From Myxococcaceae bacterium (GTDB lineage: Bacteria > Myxococcota > Myxococcia > Myxococcales > Myxococcaceae), in contig JBQTKE010000549.1 of the NCBI GenBank assembly GCA_052386435.1, forward strand, positions 1 to 40,263: a stretch of DNA of 40,263 bases. The letters are read 5' to 3'. Of this stretch, positions 34,087 to 40,263 are shown one piece after another. Below the pieces are notes generated by a model, which was not told the origin of the DNA, ran no database searches, and was given only the letters and a program-made list of their open reading frames with translations. Position 1 is the first letter of the stretch; the number at the start of each line of letters is the position of its first letter. The translations under genes and the position numbers were made by a program.

Positions 34087-36391
34087 CGTACTGGGTATTG
34101 AACAGGTTGGTCGCGTAGAGCGAGACGCTCAGGTTGTCGACCACGTTGAAGCCAATGCGCGCGCTGGCGACGAGATAACTGGGCAGAGCCGTATGGGCCG
34201 TGCTTTCAAGACCGGTGGTGGGATCAATCGCGAGCGACGGATCCTGACGCGTGCTGACAAAGAGCGCGTAGACGTCCGCGTAGAAGCGCCCCAAGGTGGT
34301 GCGGCCTCGGAAGTGAACGCGGTGGGACGGGGCGTAATCGAGCGACCCCGCGGAGACGCCGTCGTACCCAATCGAACGGGTGTGGAGGAATTGGTAGGCC
34401 AAGTCGAAGGACGTGTTGATCGACGGCACCTGCGCCGCCGCCTCTGCCTCCGCGCCAATCACGACCGCGTTGCCAATGTTCTGGTACTGCGACGTCGACC
34501 CGAAGATGAACTCCTGGTTAATGAAGTTCGACGCGACGGTGTAGATGCCCTTGCCGGTGAGCCGGACTTTCCCCTCGGCGGGCCAGAAGTCCACCGCGCC
34601 TTCCACCGTGTCCAACGTCTCTGGCGCCAGCGCGGGATTGCCCAACAGCGTCGACGCGTACATCTGCTGGTTGATCGCCAGCTCCGCCAGCGTCGGTGCC
34701 CGGAACGCTCGGCCGTAGTTGGCGCGTAAGGCCACCTGAGGGGTCACGTGGTAGACGATGCTCGCGCGCGGTGAGAGCTGGGTACTGGGCGTAGACCAGA
34801 CCTGCGCCGGGATGAGCGTCGCGTCGTAGCGGAGGCCCGCGCCCAAAATCAGGTTCGACGTCAGCCGCAGCTCCGCGTCCACGAACGCGCCGAAGATCGT
34901 CTGGTGCGTGTCCTTGTCGGTGAGGTCGCTGAGGATGTTCTGGTTGTTCACCACGTCGAACTTCACGTCGCCGCCCAACGTGAGGTTCAAGTCGCCCACG
35001 GTGAGCAGCGCGCGCGCTTCACCACCGAGCCGTCGCCGCTTGCCCAAGCTAGGCTGAATCTCGTTGGTGATCGAATTTTCGAGGTTCACCTCGCGGCGCT
35101 TGAAGAAGGCGTAGCCCTCCGCGAACAGCCGCAGCGCATTGCCGACCTTCTTGTCGACCTGCGCGTTGAGATTCACGTTCTCCACGAGCTCGGAGTCGTT
35201 GGGCGTGTAATGGCAGCGCCCGCAGTTGCCAATCGCCAGCGCGTTGTTACCGCCGGGCCGCCCCAGACGCGCATTCGTGTACGACGCGTCCAGCTTCAAC
35301 GGACCTGCGACGACCTTGCCGGAGACTTGGTGGACCACGGTCCACTCGTTGGTGTCGACGATGTTCTGCGCGGGGCTGGAGAAGAGCTGCGGACCGTCCG
35401 AGCGGAACCCGTAGTAGTTGACCAGCGCGCCCACCGGCCCGGCCTTGCCCGCGACCGTCGCTTGCAGTCGACCGGTGTTGTACTGACCACCGAGCAACCG
35501 GAGATCCGCGCCGAAGCTCTTGTCTTTGACCAGGTCGTCCGGGTCGCGCTGGATCATGTTGATCACACCGCTGAACGCGTTGGAGCCGTAGAGCGAAGAG
35601 CCCGGGCCGCGAATGACTTCGATCTGCTTGATGTTGGTGAGCGGCGTCGTCTCGTCCGGATAGAAGATGCCCGTCCAGGGATCCGTCTCAGGACGACCGT
35701 CGCGCAGTAGCAGCAAGCGGTTGGAGAGGAAGTTGGAGCCCAAGCCGCGCGCGCTGACCACCGCTTTGCGCATGGCCCCGTGGCGGCACTCCATGCCGGG
35801 GAAATATTGGATAGCGTCGCAGAGCGTGAACTGACCGGTACCTTCCAACTCCTCGGCAGGAATCCAAGACACCGTCATCGGCACCTCGGAGAGCTTCTGC
35901 TTGCGCTTCATCGAGCTCACCACCGGGTCGGCTTGAAACGCGGAGAGGCGGCGCTCAAGCTCAGAGCTGTCGTCTTCTGGTGCAGGGGCTGGAGGCGGCA
36001 GCGGACGGCTGTCGGCGGGATGGGTGAAGGGCGCCAAGCTCGGCATTGGCGTTTCCGCGGGGAGAGCAGGCGGGGTCTTCGACTTCGGCTTGGCGGGCGG
36101 GGGCGGCGCGGGAAGAGGAGCGGACTCCGACGCGACAGCGGCAGCCGCGGCAGCTTCGGCGGCGGCGGCTCGGTCTGCTTCCTCCTGCGCAGCGCGCTGA
36201 TCCGCGGTCGGCGTGTCCTCGATTCGGAAAGGCGGTGGCGCGTCGTCGGTGGGCGGTTCCACTGGGCGCGTGGATTGGCCAGAAGCTTTGGGACGGCGCG
36301 TCCTGCGAGTGGGCTGCTGCGCGTAGCCGTCCACGCTCAGCAGGAGCGCTACGGATAGAAGGGCCAAACAGTTTCGGGCGGTCGAACGCAT
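34022..36391 (-). CDS. TonB-dependent outer-membrane receptor with a long Pro/Ala-rich N-terminal extension
   Basis: ATG at 36391 gives the signal peptide MRSTARNCLALLSVALLLSVDGYAQQ. Plug-type segment: VPMTVSWIPAEELEGTGQFTLCDAIQYFPG...RGLGSN...LLLRDGRP...IEVIRGPGSSLYGSNAF. A long beta-barrel follows, ending in the terminal aromatic residues of FSEIKFVY. Confidence 0.85.
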   Translation of the reverse strand: MRSTARNCLALLSVALLLSVDGYAQQPTRRTRRPKASGQSTRPVEPPTDDAPPPFRIEDTPTADQRAAQEEADRAAAAEAAAAAAVASESAPLPAPPPPAKPKSKTPPALPAETPMPSLAPFTHPADSRPLPPPAPAPEDDSSELERRLSAFQADPVVSSMKRKQKLSEVPMTVSWIPAEELEGTGQFTLCDAIQYFPGMECRHGAMRKAVVSARGLGSNFLSNRLLLLRDGRPETDPWTGIFYPDETTPLTNIKQIEVIRGPGSSLYGSNAFSGVINMIQRDPDDLVKDKSFGADLRLLGGQYNTGRLQATVAGKAGPVGALVNYYGFRSDGPQLFSSPAQNIVDTNEWTVVHQVSGKVVAGPLKLDASYTNARLGRPGGNNALAIGNCGRCHYTPNDSELVENVNLNAQVDKKVGNALRLFAEGYAFFKRREVNLENSITNEIQPSLGKRRRLGGEARALLTVGDLNLTLGGDVKFDVVNNQNILSDLTDKDTHQTIFGAFVDAELRLTSNLILGAGLRYDATLIPAQVWSTPSTQLSPRASIVYHVTPQVALRANYGRAFRAPTLAELAINQQMYASTLLGNPALAPETLDTVEGAVDFWPAEGKVRLTGKGIYTVASNFINQEFIFGSTSQYQNIGNAVVIGAEAEAAAQVPSINTSFDLAYQFLHTRSIGYDGVSAGSLDYAPSHRVHFRGRTTLGRFYADVYALFVSTRQDPSLAIDPTTGLESTAHTALPSYLVASARIGFNVVDNLSVSLYATNLFNTQYEESYGFPRPGLSIFSEIKFVY

Positions 36392-36491
36392 CGCGGTCCC
36401 GTGCTGCCGAAGCGGGTGAAGCGGGGGAACGCGGCAAGGCCCCCGAAAAAGCGGCGGGACCTTAAACACAACGACTTCGGGACAACAAATC

Positions 36492-37331
36492 TCAACGCGA
36501 GATTTCGGCGGGGCTGGGGCCCGGGAGGATCTCGCGCAAGTAACGCTGCGCGTCCAAGGTCTGATCGTACTGACTGGGATAGCCCAGGCTGACTTCTTCG
36601 AAGCGAACGCCATCGCGCCAGTCGGTGGCGCGCACGTGCAGGTGGCCGGTGACGACGACATGGGCGCGGAAACGCGTGTGCCAGTCCTCGGTGAGCTTGG
36701 TGCCGCACCAGAGCGAGAACCGGGGAATCCGCCACAACCGCACGTGCTCCTGGCGCAGCGGGAAGTGGTTGATCAGCACGGTCTGAAATTCGGCCGGAAC
36801 CGCGGCGAGTCGAGCCGCGGTCTGCTCGAGGCGCTGATGACACCAGGCTTGGCGGGACGGATGCGGCTCTGCGTGGAGCATGGCTTCGTCCGTACAGAGC
36901 ACGCCCATCTCCAGCGCCCACGGCAGCGCCTGCTCGAAGGAGACCTCGGGTGGGCGGAACGAGTAGTCGTAGAGGAGGAAGAGCGGGGCGATCACCAGCC
37001 GCGGCCCTTCACCGGGCCAGACGGGGTAGGGGTCTTCTGGAGAGAGGACTCCGTATTCGCGGCACAGCGCTACGAGCGCGTCGTACTTCTCCTGGCCCCT
37101 TCGCTGGTCCGGGTCCTTCGGTATCGTCCACAGCTCGTGGTTTCCTGGCACCCACACCAGTTGGCGAAACTTCGGCGCGAGCGTGCGGAAGGTGAAACGC
37201 ATGTGGTCCAGCGTCTCGCCCACGTCCCCCGCGAGGATCAGCCAGTCGTCGGGACAGGCCCGCAAGGACTCCAGCTTCTTGCGGTTCTCGGCGTGACGTA
37301 CGTGGATGTCGCTGATCGCGTAGAGCTTCAT
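36492..37331 (-). CDS. Calcineurin-like metallophosphoesterase
   Basis: MKLYAISDIHVRH (DxH), LILAGDVGE (GD), VPGNHELW (GNHE), and later GHLH. Confidence 0.8.
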   Translation of the reverse strand: MKLYAISDIHVRHAENRKKLESLRACPDDWLILAGDVGETLDHMRFTFRTLAPKFRQLVWVPGNHELWTIPKDPDQRRGQEKYDALVALCREYGVLSPEDPYPVWPGEGPRLVIAPLFLLYDYSFRPPEVSFEQALPWALEMGVLCTDEAMLHAEPHPSRQAWCHQRLEQTAARLAAVPAEFQTVLINHFPLRQEHVRLWRIPRFSLWCGTKLTEDWHTRFRAHVVVTGHLHVRATDWRDGVRFEEVSLGYPSQYDQTLDAQRYLREILPGPSPAEISR

Positions 37332-37361
37332 GCCGGCAGGACCTTATATAAACCGCTGTCG

Positions 37362-38006
37362 ATGCCTTTGCTCATCGCGCTGCTTTTGTCTGCTGGCCCG
37401 GTCCAGGGCGATGTTCACCACGCTGGGGTCGCGAAGCCGGTCGCCCAGCCAGTGAGGCGCGACGTTAAGGTGTGCGGGGAAAGTCAGCCGGATGAGTCGC
37501 TTCTCCTGGGCGCGAAGGGCGGCGTGCAGAACGCGGTGGTCTACGTGAAGAACCCGCCGCCCGCAGGTCCAAAGACGCCGCCGCGCGAACGCACCCTGGA
37601 TCAACAAGGTTGCCGCTACATCCCCCACGTGACCGCTGCGCAAGTCGGAGACTCGCTGGTCGCGCTCAACTCCGACAACCTGCTGCACAACGTGCGCGGG
37701 ACGCGGCCCGACGGAAAGACGCCGTTCAATGTAGCGATGCCACTCAAAGGAATGAAGCGCGCCTTCAGCTTGAGCGAGCCGGGACTGATTCAGACCGGCT
37801 GCGACGCGGGCCACACGTGGATGGTCGCCTACGTTCAGGTCTTCCCGCATCCGTACTTCGCGGTGACGGACGCCGAAGGGAAGTTCAAGCTGCCGCCGCT
37901 GCCTGCCGGCTCGTACACGTTGGGCGTGTGGCATGAGAAGTTGGGAGAGAAGACGCAGACCGTGAAGGTCACCGAGCGTGGCGCGTCGGTGAAGCTCACG
38001 CTCTAA
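37362..38006 (+). CDS. Periplasmic cupredoxin-like (type-1 copper) protein with a C-terminal carboxypeptidase-regulatory-like beta-sandwich
   Basis: Short signal peptide MPLLIALLLSAGPVQG. Candidate T1Cu ligands: His in LLHNVRG, and Cys/His/Met in GCDAGHTWM. The C-terminus FAVTDAEGKFKLPPLPAGSYTLGVWHEKLG is CarboxypepD_reg-like. An upstream in-frame GTG start overlapping the divergent gene cannot be excluded. Confidence 0.55.
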   Translation: MPLLIALLLSAGPVQGDVHHAGVAKPVAQPVRRDVKVCGESQPDESLLLGAKGGVQNAVVYVKNPPPAGPKTPPRERTLDQQGCRYIPHVTAAQVGDSLVALNSDNLLHNVRGTRPDGKTPFNVAMPLKGMKRAFSLSEPGLIQTGCDAGHTWMVAYVQVFPHPYFAVTDAEGKFKLPPLPAGSYTLGVWHEKLGEKTQTVKVTERGASVKLTL

Positions 38007-38371
38007 GCCCCCAGCGACTCCAGCATCAGCGACAGCTCTTGCCGGGTCGCCCCCTTGGGCAGGTAGTAGTGCGGTCCGCTGCGCAGCGCACCACCGACCT
38101 CGGACGCGGGCGCGGAGGTCAGGAACACGATCTGCGGATGTTCTGCGGGCAGGTTCTGCACCACCTCCTCGCCATCCATCCCGGGCATTCGCAGATCCAA
38201 AAACACGACGGAGAAAGTTTGGGTTCGCAGCGTCTCCAGCGCGTCGCGTCCGTTGGATGCCTCGACCGTCTCGTAGCCCAGCTCTTCGAGGTTCAGCCTC
38301 AGGAACTCTCGCCAGTCCGCATCGTCATCGACGACGAGGATCCGCTCTTTGGAAGAAGCCCGACCGGTCAA
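38003..38371 (-). CDS. Single-domain CheY-like response regulator receiver
   Basis: ILVVDDDADWREFL...VVFLDLRMPGMDGEEV...IVFLTS...YLPKG carries the acidic pocket, phospho-Asp, T/S and K positions. TTG start at 38371. Its stop overlaps the convergent stop of the cupredoxin gene. Confidence 0.8.
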   Translation of the reverse strand: MTGRASSKERILVVDDDADWREFLRLNLEELGYETVEASNGRDALETLRTQTFSVVFLDLRMPGMDGEEVVQNLPAEHPQIVFLTSAPASEVGGALRSGPHYYLPKGATRQELSLMLESLGA

Positions 38372-38437
38372 CCTGCCTCCGACGCGTTAAGAGTCGACAG
38401 TCTAACCACCTCGGGAGCAATTCGACGAGGCGGTCCC

Positions 38438-39124
38438 TCAACGCGCCAACTTGCGGCTGCGCGGATGTCGGATGTCGGTGCCCTTCACCATGTAGACAAC
38501 CATCTCGGCGATGTTCATCGCGTGGTCGCCAATGCGCTCCAGGTGTTTGGCGATGGACATCAGGCTGGTGCCACGTCGGATGTTCTTGGAGTCCTCCATC
38601 ATGAAGCTGAGGAGCTCGTTGAAAATCTTCAGAAACAGCGCGTCCAGGTGGTCATCGCCCTTCAGGACCTCTTCCGCTTTGGCCACGTCGGCGGCGACGA
38701 ACGCGTCCAGGGATTGCTTGAGTTGGGACTGCGCAAGGTCGGCCAGCCGCGGCAGCTCGACGTATGGCGCGAGCGGGGCGACCTGATTCAAGTCCAACGC
38801 GCGCTCGGCGATGTTCACGGCGAGATCACCGCAGCGCTCCAAGTCGGTGACGATCTTCAGCGCGGTGGTGATCAACCGGAGGTCGCTGGCGGCGGGTTGG
38901 CGCAGCGCGAGGATTCGACGGCAGAGGTCGTCGATCTCCACCTCGTTGCGGTTGACCTCCGCGTCCTCGTGCGTGACCTGTTCGGCCAGCTTTGAGTCGC
39001 GATCCGCGAGCGACCGCGTGCTGTCGGCGATCAGCTTCTCCACCTTGCCGCCCATCGCGAGCAGCTTCTCGCGCAGGTCGCGCAGATCGCGTTCGAAGGC
39101 CTTGTCGGTGTGAATCGAAGGCAT
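38438..39124 (-). CDS. phoU: Phosphate signalling complex protein PhoU
   Basis: Two PhoU repeats with E/D-x3-D motifs: VNRNEVEIDDLC...DLERCGDLAVNIAE and ...DDHLDALF...HLERIGDHAMNIAE. Length 228 aa. It starts 5 nt after the pstB stop. Confidence 0.9.
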   Translation of the reverse strand: MPSIHTDKAFERDLRDLREKLLAMGGKVEKLIADSTRSLADRDSKLAEQVTHEDAEVNRNEVEIDDLCRRILALRQPAASDLRLITTALKIVTDLERCGDLAVNIAERALDLNQVAPLAPYVELPRLADLAQSQLKQSLDAFVAADVAKAEEVLKGDDHLDALFLKIFNELLSFMMEDSKNIRRGTSLMSIAKHLERIGDHAMNIAEMVVYMVKGTDIRHPRSRKLAR

Positions 39125-39129
39125 CGCGC

Positions 39130-39903
39130 TTAGCCAAACTTTCCGGTCACGTAGTCCTCGGTCCGCTTCTCCCGCGGGTTGGTGAAAATTTGCTCCGTTT
39201 GGCCGAATTCCACCAGCTCGCCCATGTAGAAAAACGCGGTGAAGTCGGAGACCCGAGCGGCCTGCTGCATGTTGTGGGTCACGATCACCAGGGTGTAGCG
39301 CTCGCGCAGGACGTGAATGAGCTCTTCAATCCGAGCGGTGGCCACGGGATCGAGCGCGCTGGCCGGCTCATCCATCAGCAAGACCTCCGGCTCAACGGCG
39401 AGCGCTCGGGCGATGCACAGGCGCTGCTGCTGGCCGCCGGAGAGGGAAAGCGCGCTCTCGGTGAGCCGGTCCTTCACTTCGTCGAAGAGCACGGCCGCCT
39501 TGAGGGCCTGCTCAACGCGCTCTTCCAAGAGCGTGCGTCGGCGAAGGCCATCCAGCTTCAGGCCGTACGCGACATTGTCGAAGATGGAGAGGGGAAAAGG
39601 GTTGGGCTTCTGAAAGACCATCCCCACGCGCCGCCGCAGCTCCACCACATCCAGCGCCCGGTCATGAATGCTTCGGCCGTCCAACCGGACCGCGCCCTCG
39701 GTGCGCGTGCCCTCAATCACGTCATTCATGCGATTGAAGGCGCGCAGGAACGTGGACTTGCCGCAGCCGGAGGGGCCAATCAGCGCGGTGACCCGGTGCT
39801 CTTGAATCCCCAGACTGACCCCCTTGATCGCCTCGGTGGCTCCGTAATGAATCCGGAGCCCCTCGGCGTCCATCTTCAGGGGGGTGGTGGTTGAGGTCGT
39901 CAT
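39130..39903 (-). CDS. pstB: Phosphate ABC transporter ATP-binding protein PstB
   Basis: ATG at 39903. Walker [10 protein letters not shown], the PstB-typical [18 protein letters not shown], signature LSGGQQQR, Walker [12 protein letters not shown], and the C-terminus [10 protein letters not shown]. Confidence 0.95.
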   Translation of the reverse strand: MTTSTTTPLKMDAEGLRIHYGATEAIKGVSLGIQEHRVTALIGPSGCGKSTFLRAFNRMNDVIEGTRTEGAVRLDGRSIHDRALDVVELRRRVGMVFQKPNPFPLSIFDNVAYGLKLDGLRRRTLLEERVEQALKAAVLFDEVKDRLTESALSLSGGQQQRLCIARALAVEPEVLLMDEPASALDPVATARIEELIHVLRERYTLVIVTHNMQQAARVSDFTAFFYMGELVEFGQTEQIFTNPREKRTEDYVTGKFG

Positions 39904-39910
39904 CAAGGCA

Positions 39911-40263
39911 TCAAGTCGCCGGGACGGAGGCGGGTGCCACCATTCGGTAGCCGATACCTCGCACGGTTTCAACGTAGGCGCGCGCGTCGCCCAACTTCTC
40001 GCGCAGCCGCATCACGTGGGTGTCGACCGTGCGGGTCTCCAGAGAGCCCGACAGCTCCCAAACCTCTTCGAGCAATTGTTCGCGGGACTGCACTCGACCC
40101 AAGCGGTTCATCAGGTGGTGGAGGAGGCGGAACTCCAACAACGTCAGCGGCACTTCGGTCTCGCCCACGAAACAGCGGTGCGCGTCCGTGTCCAGCTTGA
40201 GGATGCCGACCGATCGCTCTTCTGTCGGTAAGACCGGCGCTGCGGTGTTGGCTCGGCGAAGAA
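39911..40263 (-). CDS. OmpR/PhoB-family response regulator, 3' part (winged-helix DNA-binding domain); the 5' end lies beyond the window
   Basis: My translation shows the frame stays open from 40168 to the window edge: ...[51 protein letters not shown]...[14 protein letters not shown]...[11 protein letters not shown]. Its stop lies 7 nt before the pstB start. Confidence 0.8.
   Translation of the reverse strand, partial: LRRANTAAPVLPTEERSVGILKLDTDAHRCFVGETEVPLTLLEFRLLHHLMNRLGRVQSREQLLEEVWELSGSLETRTVDTHVMRLREKLGDARAYVETVRGIGYRMVAPASVPAT

Noticed and set aside
36392-36661. N-terminal 90 codons of the ORF-track call 34022-36661.
   Set aside because: This part overlaps the 3' end of the metallophosphoesterase gene, and a textbook signal peptide starts at the ATG at 36391.
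36636-37361. First 242 codons of the ORF-track call 36636-38006.
   Set aside because: They are entirely antisense to the well-supported metallophosphoesterase gene. The recognisable signal peptide and cupredoxin sequence start at 37362.

Overview
GC-rich chromosomal segment of Myxococcota type; the taxonomic call is inferred from gene content, and no database search was possible.

Layout:
(i) 1-18.3 kb, plus strand: distal half of an Agl-Glt (adventurous gliding / focal-adhesion) G1-type cluster. It contains the gltG 3' end, gltH, an unusual disordered plus helical-repeat gene, a 4095-aa TPR giant (gltI/agmK-like) and gltJ/agmX-like.
(ii) 18.4-24.3 kb: an accessory-looking, locally AT-richer patch. 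It encodes secreted Cys-rich proteins, a MORN/YwqK-like protein, a lipoprotein and a three-copy secreted family in which two copies are multiply frameshifted. An HSL-type esterase and a frameshifted, truncated patatin remnant follow.
(iii) 24.4-29.2 kb: M18 aminopeptidase, a divergent RelA/SpoT-like protein, ffh, tRNA-Leu(UAA) and tRNA-Arg(CCG).
(iv) 29.2-37.3 kb, minus-strand block: Uma2-family endonuclease, a 1060-aa Hanks kinase with two N-terminal STAS-like plus zinc-ribbon modules, an upstream GHKL (RsbW-like) gene, a TonB-dependent receptor with a duplicated 3' end remnant, and a metallophosphoesterase.
(v) 37.4-40.3 kb: cupredoxin-like gene, CheY-like receiver, phoU, pstB and the 3' part of an OmpR/PhoB-type regulator.

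No CRISPR array, IS element, integrase or rRNA was seen.

Best candidates for undescribed biology:
- the GHKL plus STAS-ZnR-STAS-ZnR-kinase pair
- the decaying neck-plus-Cys-rich-head family
- the charge-blocked disordered protein embedded in the glt cluster
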